Shown: positions 37,471-49,020 of the stretch, piece after piece
How positions within the stretch are numbered: the stretch's first letter is position 1
Layout: each line of letters starts with the position of its first letter
Source: Lama glama
Taxonomy: Eukaryota
Assembly: GCA_028534125.1 (NCBI GenBank)
Contig: CM052818.1
Location: 20,524,001-20,588,000, forward strand
DNA: 64,000 bases
Direction: 5' to 3'
Position numbers and translations under genes: made by a program
Notes under the pieces: generated by a model
What the model was told of the DNA's origin: nothing
Database searches by the model: none
What the model saw: only the letters and a program-made list of their open reading frames with translations

Positions 37471-38899
37471 TATAATCTTCATAATGTAAACTCCCCTTTT
37501 GTATTCTTTAATTCTTTATTCTTGTTTCCCACCTGCCTTTTACAATCTCATTTAGCCTAATCCAAAGGAACAGTGGTTTCAGCCCTGCACTTCATTTTCA
37601 CAAATGACTCTGCTGCTCCTTGAGATCCAGCTGGGACAAAGTACATCAAGAGGTGACCCTGGAACCTCATTACACTTGACCTCAACAAGGATACCAAGGA
37701 GCTGGCTCCTGGGTTTATCACACTATGTATCCCCTAGAATTCTTCACGGGAATATTAAATGAGGGAATGGGAACAAGACCACTTTCCCGGTTTTTGGCAA
37801 GTCCCGGGGCTTGGTAAGTCCAGCACATGGTTTTGCTGTATTGGTAATTTGCGTTCTCCTCCTAGCTAAAATTCAGCTCAATACCAGGGCCCTGTGAGAA
37901 GGCCTAGACCCCTACAGCCTTTACTGAGGCAGAGCACAGCAGCATTTATGCTAAAAGCACAATAGCAAGGGTGCCAAGGCAGTCCAGGCTCAGAAGGAAG
38001 GGACTTAGTACAAAACAAAACGATGAAGTGCAAGGCAGCCCTTCCTGAGCGTGTGGAGTCCCAGCCGTCCGTTCCATCAGGCCGCTGCCCCAGCAGGTGA
38101 GACCCTCTGAAGGGACCTGGCGCAGGGCCTGTTTACATGCTCAGTCTTTCTGAGGGGGCCTGCCACCTTCCACAGCATCAGCGGGCTCGACTGGTTGGCC
38201 CAGGGAATAAATTGAGGGGAACAGCGATTTCAGCCCCGTGCCCAGAAGAAGCCTGCTGGAAAGTTACAAAATAAGCCATAAGATGTGGCTCTCAAGCTCT
38301 GTAAAGGACACTGGTGAGAGTGAACAGGTGTGCTAGGCACCATCTTACTGGGTCCACAGGTGTAAACTGAGACTGTCCGGGGCAAGCTGGGACATGCTGT
38401 CACCCCAGTCATGGAGAGCTGAGTCACTCCAGTAAGGACGCAGGGATTCGGGGCTCCCTCTCCACCACCTGCCCGCCCAGCTGTCATTGGTCTGGGTTTG
38501 GCTCAAAGAAGACCGAGAAATGTGGTACAGTGACCTCGGTCTTGAACTCCACAAGTGGCCAGCTGTGTAATGTCCACTAAAGTGGGAGGCTAAGAATAGA
38601 CACCTGAGGGGGTAACAGGCAGTGCATGAAATAGCACACACTCCTCAGAAAGCATGACTCTTCCTCTTCTCAAGTCTGTGTTGTCTGAAACACGTTGGAC
38701 CCTCCAAGGCACACACTCTCCTGCATTGTTATATCTCAAATAAATAGCAAATAGAGCTAAGTGACCTTGAATGATTTTTTTTAGCTACTTTGTTATCTTT
38801 ATCTGTAAAGTGAAAAAAACCTCGTGATCTCTGAAGTCCTTTCCAGCTTGACAAAACTTAACTAGAGCCCTGGGAGAAATGAACGCTAGCTAACAACCA

Positions 38900-39410
38900 A
38901 GGTTCACCCTACTGACCGTGACGTACCAGGCACTGTTCTCAGCACTTTACCTCTATTTACTGATTCCATCTCCCCACCACCCCAGGAAGTAGATATTGTA
39001 GTGACCCCACTGAGCAGATGGAGAAGCCAAGGCCAGAAAGGTAAAGTTGACTTGCCTGGAATAAGATCACCCAAGTCCAGATAAGGCAGTGCCTCCTCTC
39101 AAGTTCAAGGTTAGTGATAACTCCGTTTGGGAAATACTAAATGCCGTCACAAGGGATCAGTAATAGCCGACCCTTACAATGTGGCACTTACTATGTGCCA
39201 GACATTGTTCTCTGTGCATAACCTATATTAACTCATTTAATGCTTATAATATCCCTAAGAAATAGAACTTATTGCTATCACCTTGTTTACACATGAAGAC
39301 ACTGAGGCATAGAGAGTGAAGAAACTGCCCAAGGTCCCAGCTAGGAAGTAAGAGCTAGGATTTGAATCCAGGCAGCCTGGCTCCAGAGTCCATGCCACTG
39401 ACCACGTTAC
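38900..39410 (-). mobile_element. Two MIR SINE copies (about 38900-39060 and 39160-39410)
   Basis: ccaggcactgttctcagcacttta; cacttactatgtgccag...actgaggcatagag...ggatttgaatccaggcag. Confidence 0.75.
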
Positions 39411-39479
39411 ACTAACCACACCTGGATATTTTGTGAACACAGAAGAGGGACAACTAACCCAGGGTAGGGATTGGGGTGG

Positions 39480-39620
39480 GGATTCTGGGGAAGATATCAA
39501 AGAATTAGCTGGAGTTAGGCAAGGAGAGCAGGGAAGGGCATTCTATCCTGAAGGAACCGCATGGGCAAAGGCACAGAGGTGTGAAGAATAATGGCATTCA
39601 AAGAAACGCAAGTCAGGTGA
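39480..39620 (-). mobile_element. L2 fragment
   Basis: ggagttaggcaagg...gggaagggcattc...gcatgggcaaaggcacagaggtgtga. Confidence 0.55.
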
Positions 39621-41059
39621 GAGTGAAGGGAGATGGAGGATGGAGAATTCCTTAGAGAAAATGAGCTGTGTTCCCTCTTCTCTTCTTTTCAGCTTTTCTG
39701 AATGCCTGAAATTATCTGTAATAAGAAAAAATTTTTAAAGCACTACCATGCCTCAGTGGTTGGGGGTGGGAAGTCATGCTAAAAAAAGACGAAACAGCAT
39801 AAATCTGCAGCGGATAGATACATGGGGTCTGATGGCACTGACCAGCTCTGCTCTGCTCCTGTACCCTGGGTGGGGTTGGCAGATGATAGAGTAAGAAAGG
39901 GCATGGAGCATAGGGGTCAATCACCAGGAGGTCCCCCCACCCCCGGCAGGCTTGGCAGGAGGGGGAATTAGAGCCCCGGGAGCCAGTGTCTGTGGTTTTG
40001 CAGTAGCTGACTATGATCTTCAGGCCAGGGAGGGAATCTGGGGTGGTCAAACAGCAGAAAATAGGCTGAGGAAGTTGAAACTGTTCAAGCATTCAAGGCT
40101 TGAGGGAGCAGAGCATGGGTGTGCAGGAGGCGAAGAGGTCAAAGGCAGGAGACAAGAAGCCTGAGGTCAGAAAGGGCCGATGCCAAGATGTCTGAAGAAC
40201 AGGAGCTGCAGGTGCAAGCTCTGGTCCCTGCAGCAGGCACACCCATGCAGAACAGGACGGGGCACTCTGAGGCCAGGCCGGCCAGCTCCTCAGCATGAGT
40301 GCTGCAGCCTCTGGAAACTTCACTGGGGTAAGGATCCAGGGGAGAGGAAGAGGTGCTGGCCTGGCCTCTTGGGAAGGTGGAAATTGCCACCCCCACCAGC
40401 GACCCCTGACCTGGCAGCAATGAGGGAACGGTGGGTGGCATTACAAAGAGTCTGGAAAGCAATGACAACAAACCAACAACAAAAACGGGATCTGAATCAC
40501 TCTGTTCTCATTACTTCTGTGATCTGGAAATTTCTACCTCTGTGAGGTTCAGTTTCTTCCTCTGCTAAACAAGAAATGGCACAATAAACAGCCCCTCCCC
40601 CATCCAGTTCCCTGAGAGTTGGCTGACACTGTACCACCCAGCACAGTGACCAAGCACATAGCCTGAATGATGGCTCTAGTGATGATTACTATTACTCATA
40701 ATTAAAAATGGAGAAGGATGGCTCTTCAACCTCGCAAAACTGGCACTGCATGAGGAAGACAGGAAGTCAGAGACCTTAAGAAGGCAAAGAACAAAGCTGT
40801 GAAAGATCAGAGACCAGTCACACATCTCCCTCCAAGGACCATGTTGTTGGGCGGTCCTCAAGCTCTTCCCGAGATTTCTAGCAACAGCAATGCCCCATTT
40901 CTTCCCCAGGCACCTCGAACCACAGAAAAGGTTTGCATCAGGACTGTGCCAGAGTTAGGCAGGAGCCGGGGAGACGAGCTTCTCTCTTCATTCAGGCTGA
41001 TTAACCATTCCCTAAAAGATAAGAAGAAACCCAACCTGGAGCATAATTCCTTCCTGTCT

Positions 41060-41600
41060 GTCCTGGCAGTGCATTTGCCATTTTCAAAAACAAAAATGTC
41101 TCCCTGAATAATTCATTATTCAAAGGAAACATCAGCCCAGAGCGCTTCACTCCGTTTATTCTGGCATCTGCGCTCATCTTGGGCCCTGTGTGTGTTTCTG
41201 AAAAGGATCCGCATGAGAAATCGCTTTTTAAAACGTCGATATCTGAGAAGGCAAGCAGAGAGTTTAAAAGGGCCATAATTCATAAATCAATGACGCCACA
41301 CTCCCGAGGAAGCGTTCTGCATTGAGTGGTCAACAATTCCATTTGCAGCAAGCTGAAACATCTGCGGCTCCCCGGGTCTCCTGCCGGGGTCCCAGGGCTG
41401 CTGCCCCACGATAATGAGGCAATGTTTCAGCGACGATCAGAATTTTAGGTTCTTTGGGATTCAGGCACTGGGGTGTGGGATTACTGTGGGTTTTATCTAA
41501 ATCTATTAGCTTCTGTTAATGCACCAATAAACACAACCAATCTGAAGCAAGCAAGAAAAACCCAACCATTTGCACAGTCATGACTCATTGCCCTTTTTTG
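41060..41600. promoter_or_regulatory. Putative conserved developmental enhancer
   Basis: Repeat-free and CpG-retaining. PBX-HOX ataaatca 41282-41289, TCF ttcaaagg 41119-41126, many TAAT cores, AP-1 tgactca at 41581. Confidence 0.45.
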
Positions 41601-41702
41601 CTTGGCTGTTTAGCAAGACTGTTCACAGGTCGGTGTGAGATCCTGTCCTTATGCTTCACAGGCACCTGCACAAACTGAACCCAGATCCTGCACCCAAACC
41701 TA

Positions 41703-41935
41703 CAGCTGTCCCTCGGTATCCCCGGGGGATTGGTTCCAGGGCCCCGCCCCCTTCTCCAGCTGGTATCAAATTCCCCGGATGCTCAAGTCCCATAATCCGC
41801 CCTCTGTCTCCGCAGGTTGTGTATCCAAGGGTTTTGCATCGGCAGATTCAACCCACGTGGGTCGTGCGCTGCGTTTTCCATCCACAGTGGGTTGAATCTG
41901 CCCATGCAGAACCCGCGGATATCGAGGGCCGCCTG
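41703..41935 (+). mobile_element. MER2/MER8-family TcMar-Tigger MITE
   Basis: Termini cagctgtccctcggtatcc... and ...ggatatcgagggccgcctg form an imperfect TIR, with TA on both sides (41701-41702, 41936-41937). Internal gggggattggttccagg and atgctcaagtccc. Confidence 0.85.
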
Positions 41936-42341
41936 TATCTGTGGGGAAATTTAAACAACGCTTGCTGTTACTGATGGTTCCTGATGCCCTCAACCAGAGC
42001 ATAGTGGTCGGCGTTGATCAGGGCTGCGGAAACAGAACCCCACAACTGGCACCAGCTAAATGCTCGGCATATGCTTTATTCAGAAGGAAACGCTAGAGCC
42101 TCCAAGAGACAATCAGTAAGTCAGGGCCACCTTTTAGCGTTGCCTTTTGTCACAAACCTCACCACTGCTGGAGGAAAACAGCCTGAAGCTCGGATTGCTT
42201 GGGAATTCTCCTTGCAGAGAAACAAGAGAACACCTGTGAGCTCTCAGGATTTCTAAAGAGCAAGGTTTGGGGAAGTTTAGGTACAATTTCTTCTTCCTTC
42301 TTCCTCTCTCAGCTTGATTCCCTCCCCCTGAACCGTCTCAC

Positions 42342-42356
42342 CAAACACAGAACAGG
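42342..42356 (-). other. Candidate 15-nt microexon
   Basis: Minus strand cttctcttctttctcgctttttttctttcttctgctgctag|CCTGTTCTGTGTTTG|gtgaga. Long polypyrimidine tract, UGC motifs next to the AG, no stop codon in any frame. Confidence 0.25.
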
Positions 42357-42589
42357 CTAGCAGCAGAAGAAAGAAAAAAAGCGAGAAAGAAGAGAAGCCC
42401 AGGAAACAGACCAAGAACCAGTGGGTTACAGAGCTGCACATCTTCACTGTTCACCCAAATACAACAAATACAAAGGATCCTTCCCAGCTCTCTCACAGTC
42501 ATCAAAGAGCTTTCCAGCACATTTTGTGTATTGCATGCCTCTTCTGGGCCCTGTTTAAGTGTATTCTGGAACAAGGAAAGGTAAATGAA

Positions 42590-43150
42590 TAACACCTACC
42601 ATTTATCAGTTCTTAGGATGAATGGATGGATATATTAATAAACATTATCTCCTTCAATCCTAGAAACAATATTGGAGGATAAAACTATTTTTAACCCCAT
42701 TTTACAGGTGAAGAAGCCTAGGCACAGAGAGGTTAAGTAAATTGCCCCAGGTCAGTGAGTGATAGAACTGGGGCGTGAACATGGGCAGTCTGGCGCCAGA
42801 AGCCATACTCAGCCACCATGCTCTCTGGTATCTTAAGAGCAGGTGGAATAGGCTGAATAAAGGTGAAAAGGTGGGAGGGGCTGTTTCTCTGGCTTTGTGT
42901 TTAGGATAGTGGTGGGAAGTGCTAGCGACAATAACACTTAACATTTATTGAGCCCTTACTGTATGTCCACTGAGCACCTACAGGCATGTGGTCATTTACA
43001 ACACTCTATGGGATAGGCACCATTATCTTCATTTTATGGATTAAAAAAACAGAGACCCAGAGAGGTCTTGCAGTGGGTTTGTACTAGAGCCAGGATTCCC
43101 ATCCACACAGCTGGTGTCGGAGTCTATGCTTTTAACCACGATGCTCTACT
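42590..43150 (-). mobile_element. Two MIR SINE copies (about 42590-42830 and 42930-43150)
   Basis: ccccattttacaggtgaag...ggcacagagaggttaagtaaattgcccc; aacatttattgagccc...cattttatggat...cagagaggt. Confidence 0.8.
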
Positions 43151-43713
43151 GTAGTTAGCGCTGATGGTGAGTGTCTGAGCATCATTAGTGCTTTATTATC
43201 AGCCAGGCAGATCTGAGCATAGTAACCCCATACCAAGACCGAGCTGTCTTTAAGGAAAGTACAACCACTTTGTGAAGCTACCCGTAAAGACGGGAGGTCA
43301 AATAAGCTGTCAGGATTTAATTCAGCAGTTATTTAGTTGGGTTCCTATCTGGTTACTCAACTGACTCCATTCTTCAAGAAAGAAATTAAAGAAAGAAAGG
43401 ATATGGAAAGCAATTAGGATGTTATAAAAATACAGTGTATGTGGATCCTGTTGGCCCAAAAGGGTGACTGAAAGAAGGGAGTAAGACTTCATGGGCACAG
43501 GACTGGGCCGAAGGGCTGCTATGTGGGGTCCCCCGGGCAGAGTTCAGTCCTGTACCTCCATCTGCTCGACTGCGGCCTTTCCCCAGTGAAAGCCTGAGAG
43601 GTGGACTTACAGCTCCTGGGGTCTTCTCCATCTCTAAGGTACTGTTAGTACAAGCAGTCTTTTAGTAAACGGATCCTTTTATCAGAAAGCCCAATATCTA
43701 AAATGGACAGAGG

Positions 43714-43896
43714 AAACAACAAGGTCCTACTGTATAGTACAGGGAACGGTATCCATAGCTTGTGATAACCTATAATGAAAAAGAATATGAAAAGGAATAT
43801 ATTTATGTATATGCATAACTGAAACACTAAGCTATACACCAGAAATTAACACAACATTGTAAACCAACTATATTTCAATTTTAGAAATAAATAAAA
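43714..43896 (+). mobile_element. LINE-1 3' UTR end (cetartiodactyl/camelid type)
   Basis: aacaacaaggtcctactgtatagtacaggga...cacaacattgtaaaccaactata + A-rich tail. TSD taaaatggacagagg (43699-43713) / taaagtggacagagg (43897-43911). Confidence 0.9.
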
Positions 43897-44176
43897 TAAA
43901 GTGGACAGAGGGAGCTGATCCAGTGGGAATAGGGGTAGGGGCTAGCAGAGTGTAGACCACCATGACGTATCCCCACCAATCTCCTGATAGGTCACAGGCC
44001 CCTCTTTAAGGCAATTTATAAACCTCCCTTTACCAAAGTGAGCTGGCTATAGACTGCAAAATGGGAGGGAGGTTGCCCTGGCCTCCTCAGAAGGCCAGGA
44101 TGCTTTTATAGTGGTCTTGAATGAAATACAGGCCTCAGGTCTCCTGGAGCTGTGCCCCAAACCCCACCTCCCCCAG

Positions 44177-44207
44177 CCACCACCATCACCACCACCACCA
44201 CCACCAT
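44177..44207. repeat. (CAC)n trinucleotide microsatellite, imperfect
   Basis: ccaccaccatcaccaccaccaccaccaccat. Confidence 0.9.
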
Positions 44208-44499
44208 CTGGACCACAACGTTATACTGTCAGCTGCTTGGTTAGGAAATCAACAACCTTGGAAGCTTCCAAGGGAGGCACAGAAAGAGATACAAAGTGTG
44301 CTCACAAATCAATTTTCCCAATGACCAGAGCATAGTACATCCCTCCTCAAGCCTGATATCCCTTCAAAGTCTGCAGAAGATTAAAAAGGAGCAGAAAAAA
44401 GTAGAGGGTTACCCAAGGTTGCGAGCACAATGGCCAGAATGTGTGTAAATACGGAGTGGCCCTGTGCGCTTTGGATCCCCTGATAGAACGGCCGTTTCC

Positions 44500-44960
44500 T
44501 GGAGCCCTGTTTCCTCTCATTGTGTTGCAGTGGAACAACAATGTTATAGTGAGAACCTACTCAGTCACATAGGTTATTTTAATAGATACATCCTACAAGC
44601 CTTGAAAACCTGCTCCAGGCTCTGATAACAAGGCTAAATATATCACAGGCCCTAATAGTGAATCTGAGAATCAAAAACAGTGAGATTGGGACACACACGT
44701 GTGTGTTTTTCTCAGCGCATCCTGCAAGTTTTCTTGCGCTCTGGCCCCCTTGACACATAGTCACGTGATCCTTCCCCCTGTAGTCCCGTTTCAGCCACTG
44801 CTTGCAGGCAACACTGGAGGATTTCATTGCATTGATTTATCTCTTCGGCATCCCTCATTCAGCCGCACATTTAATCTGAAAGCTGAAGGATGAGGCTTTC
44901 ATTCACGGATATGTGCATTTGTGCAAATATAAACGTGTACAACAGAAAATACTAAAGGGC
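44500..44960. promoter_or_regulatory. Putative enhancer
   Basis: gtcacgtgat (USF/MiT-TFE E-box, 44760-44769), palindrome acacacacgtgtgtgt 44691-44706, PBX-HOX tgatttat 44833-44840, SOX aacaatg. Confidence 0.4.
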
Positions 44961-45304
44961 TAGTTACACAGAGCCCTCTGCTCAGGTGGCCAACACAAAA
45001 AGCTGATCCTTCCACAAATCATTTGAGAGCCCTATCCAGTCCTTAATCCATGGCTGCTCTTGGGATTTCCACTCTCGAGATCAGAGACCAATTTGTGGCA
45101 TCCCAGGTGTTCGATCAAAGTTCCTTTCCTTCCTATCGCTCCAACATGAGCGAATGCTACCATGCTCGATTGGCAAAGCTAATCTAGAGGCAAAGGTTGT
45201 TATTCTCTCCAGAAAGACACTGATACATTAAAAAAAAATATTTCTAAGCCTCTCAGAAAATGCTGATTTATAAACAGCAATATTGCAGGCAACGTATCTT
45301 AAAG

Positions 45305-45601
45305 CAGTGGCTCTCAACCCTGACTGCTCCTTAGAAATACCTGACAGCAGGGGTACCTCCTCCAGGTGCTTCTCCTGGGCAGCCTTGTCTTAAAGGAACA
45401 CAGGTCTTCACCATGATGTTTTTGCCAGGATTTAATCAATGGTTCTCAATCTTGGCTGCGTATTAGAATCCCAACAACATTTTTAAAACCATCAACGCCT
45501 GGGACTCATCCTGCAATGATTCAGACTTAATCAGTCTGGGATGGGGCTGAGCCCTGGTATTTGAAAATTATTTGGAAATTCAGCCAGGATTGAGGACCAC
45601 T
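45305..45601. mobile_element. MER5-family MITE fragments
   Basis: cagtggctctcaaccctg (45305) and caatggttctcaatcttggctgc...cagccaggattgaggaccact (about 45437-45601). Confidence 0.7.
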
Positions 45602-45853
45602 ATTCTGTCACTGCACTTCTCTGATTGACTTATCTTTAAACACACGAAGATGGAGAACTGGGGAAATTTATCTTCATACATTTCTTCAGATCTTAAAGTC
45701 CACAGAACAGTACTACTTTGTCTACCTTAAGTAGGAAGTCAGGGATAAAGGCATGTAAATGAACAACTGAATTTGATGTTGTGATGCCCACGGACATCCC
45801 TTTCAGGCTGAGTGTCCCTCGGGTCCTCACGAGGCGCTTGTTTCATACACTGA

Positions 45854-45883
45854 TGAAACAAGATCATTTGAAACAAGATCATT
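45854..45883. repeat. Perfect 15-bp tandem duplication
   Basis: tgaaacaagatcatt x2. Confidence 0.9.
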
Positions 45884-47029
45884 CATCTGGTTTCTAAACC
45901 AACAGCAGATTAGAATCAAGCAAGTTAGAAATAATAGAGGAGGCAGGTAGAAAAGAGGACAGACTGTTAGAAGCAGGTCTCCTGAATTTAATGGAAGAAC
46001 CCTGTGGACATCACGGTGCCGCATCACCGATAATCCTAAGACTAGCCAAGTCCCTTAGAACAAGTTAAATTATATTCGTTGGAACCTGGTTATGGACGCT
46101 GAAATATACGTGATGACTCCCATCAAAAATAGTAATAATAAACAGCTAGCGCGATTAAAGGGCTGAGTCTTGAGCTGTTTGGAAATTGGTGCCGCCCAGA
46201 ATGGCTTACTTCCTGAGGCTCCCAGGTAGCCACCAACTACTGTGGGAGACATTTTAGCAGGAAAAGCTTCTCCCTCCCTATCAGGGTCAGGAGACAGTGA
46301 GGCCTGAGAGGGGAAACGGTAATAGAAGCTCTTGACCCTCAGGGCTTCTAGGCACCGGGGCACAGACACAGTCCTCTGAGCTTTCACTGAAAACCCATCA
46401 TCCGGCACAAAGTCCTGGGGGATCTGATTGCTTGGGGGTGGGGGGCTGCCATTAAATGTATCTCCACGGCACAGGGTCTCCAAAGATAAAATGGGGTGCC
46501 CCAGGTTGAAGGGCTCTTGGTAGCTCAAGTCTTGTTACTCCTCCCTCCCATAAAAATTCCATGAAACACTTGGTTAGGAAACCATTTGGAAAGGACCTGC
46601 CAGGCCCCCTGACCCCACACCCACCTCCTTACATTTTATTCTACTAGCCTTTCTATTTGTTCCCCAAATCCATCCCCAGAGCATTTAGGTTTGCTGATTG
46701 AGCTCTTGTACCTGGACCCCCATTTTGATCAAGCTCCCAAGTCTCGGCACTGTTCCAGCAAACACAAACCAATGTCCGGAAGCCCCCTACCTGCAACTTT
46801 GCCCCCAGAAAAACCTACACCCACAGCCGGCCTCCTCCTAGCAGGGGGGACAGCACCTCACTTCCAAATGGCCTGGTGCAGAATTTCCTAAACCTGCCAG
46901 CGGGTAAGAGTCTCTGATACACACGTTCCTAAACCCGTGGGATCCTAGTTTCTGATGGAATCACCTGGGTTCCATCATGTGCACCAAAGCCTCAGGTGAT
47001 TCCTGTAATCGGGTAAGTTTGAGAAACTT

Positions 47030-47250
47030 AACTAAGAGGCTTTGGAACCAACTGCCTGGGTTTGAATCTCACTCTACTGATAACATGTGATTTTGTGCAA
47101 GTGACTTAAGCTGTTGAGCCCTCGGTTTCCGTATCTGTAAAGCAAGGATAATGACAGTGGCCGTTTTGCTGGGTTCTTGGAGGATGAAGTGGCCTAGATG
47201 GTGCACAAAGCACTTAGAGCCACCTGGCACATGGTAGCCCCCTAGGAAGG
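47030..47250 (+). mobile_element. MIR SINE
   Basis: ctgcctgggtttgaatc...gcaagtgacttaa...tcggtttccgtatctgtaaa...aagcacttagagccacctggcacat. Confidence 0.8.
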
Positions 47251-48689
47251 TTTGCTGCTGTTAATCATAAATTAGACACTTGCCGCCTCACTCCCACCTC
47301 TAATTTCTCACAGAAAATATTCTGCCTTCCCCATAGAACCACCAGTGCAAAATCACCCTGTTTGTGCTGCAAAGGCCTGTCCCATCCCTGGGAGCGGCCC
47401 CTTCAGGCATCCCTAGTCTTATTGCAGTGAAGTAGGTTGTGTGCAGATGGAATCCAAAGATACAATGGCTGAAAGGAGATATGGGGAGCAGCCAGAAAGA
47501 GACGGAGTTGGGGGAGATGGCAGTGTGCAGATACAAAGTTGGGGTAGGCACAGATGGCAGTGTGCAGAGATGAAGATAGGGTTGGGACACAGACTTCGCC
47601 GTGTCACAGTTTTCTAGACACCCCGTGGAAGGTGGTTAAATAGCACCTGTCACTTGAACTGTCTCTTCACTGTAACCCCCCTCCCACCCCCAGGGATTCG
47701 GGCTGAATTCTACCTTATGGCCAGACCAGGGATGCACAAAGACACTGGACAGACCTGGAGAACCTGGGCTCCCTAGAAACCAGAGAGCAAGAAGCAGCAC
47801 TGGAGGACTGCATCCAATGTTCCCTGTACATTATTTATTTCAAACAAAGATGCCAGCATGTGTCAATGGAATGCCTGGCTCCCTGGAGAGAAGAGAAGGG
47901 GTATCTGTTTGGCCCCACGATGACCCAGCAGGCCCGTGAGACTCTCAGCCCTCTGGCAGCATGAAGACAGCTTGGCTGTCCCTACATCAGAGCCCTAGCA
48001 GGTACCAGGTCCCAGCCACACGTGAGCAGGGAGAGGGTTCAAGGACACTTCATGACCCTGCCTCTATCCCACTCCAGCAGACAAGCACAGCCAGGCCTCC
48101 CAGCCACCAGGTGCTGCCTGTGAGTTGAAGGTCAGGGCTGTGCTTCTGGATGAACCCCAGACACCAGCTCTCTTTCCTCCAGCTCCTCACAGATGCCCTC
48201 ACCCCCACGGCCATCTACCCATACCGCTGGCTCTGCGGGGAACTGTCTCAGTGGGTTCAGAAAACAAAACCAAACTCAACGAGTCATGTCTGAGTGACAC
48301 TGAATAAGAACAGATCACTTTTCAGTAAGATCCTTCTCATCTGCCCCTCTGGGGCACCCTGAAGTCATAACTCCTCATTCCACCAACTTCCTCAAATGTT
48401 CCCCAATCAGTTTTCAGTCTACATGCTTACCACTGATCTCTCTTCTTAAATAATTCCATTCTTGAAGAACAAACTTCCCAATACTATTTCGGAACGCTAG
48501 TATCAATGGTCATGAGTAATTCCTTTTTAATGCAATAAAAACAAAAATTATATTCTTCTGAGGCCTCCTGCTCTTATTTTAAAATGGAGATAAACAGGAG
48601 AGAGAGCTGTTACTGACATTCTGGCCCCAGTGTGAGAGATTCTCCTTGATATGGTCAGAAGGATTGAAAGAAAAGTAGGAGAAAAGGAA

Positions 48690-49020
48690 AAAAAAATTTT
48701 TTTGGAGGTAGAATTGTAGGCATTGCAGTGCCCAGATCTTATGGGTACAGTACGTTGAGTATCACAAATGCATACATCTAGGTCACCAATGCCCTAATTA
48801 AGACAAAGAACGTTATCCCAGAAAGTTCCCTCATGCCTCTTCCCCCCAACCTCTCCTGACGCCCAGAGGCAACCACCATTTTCATTCCTATTCTCATATG
48901 TTATTATTTTCTTTTCTTGAACTTCATGTTATTGGCTCATGGGGATAGCTTTTTCATCATTAAATAAAAGTTACAATAATGTTAAACTTTTTATATGTTT
49001 GAAATTTTTCATAATAAGAA
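48690..49020. mobile_element. Old L1M fragments
   Basis: ccagaaagttccctcatgcc...ccagaggcaaccacc (antisense L1M 3' UTR), then tttgaaatttttcataataa. Confidence 0.55.

Noticed and set aside
44121..44324. Poly-His/poly-Pro protein
   Set aside because: Translation artefact of a (CAC)n microsatellite.
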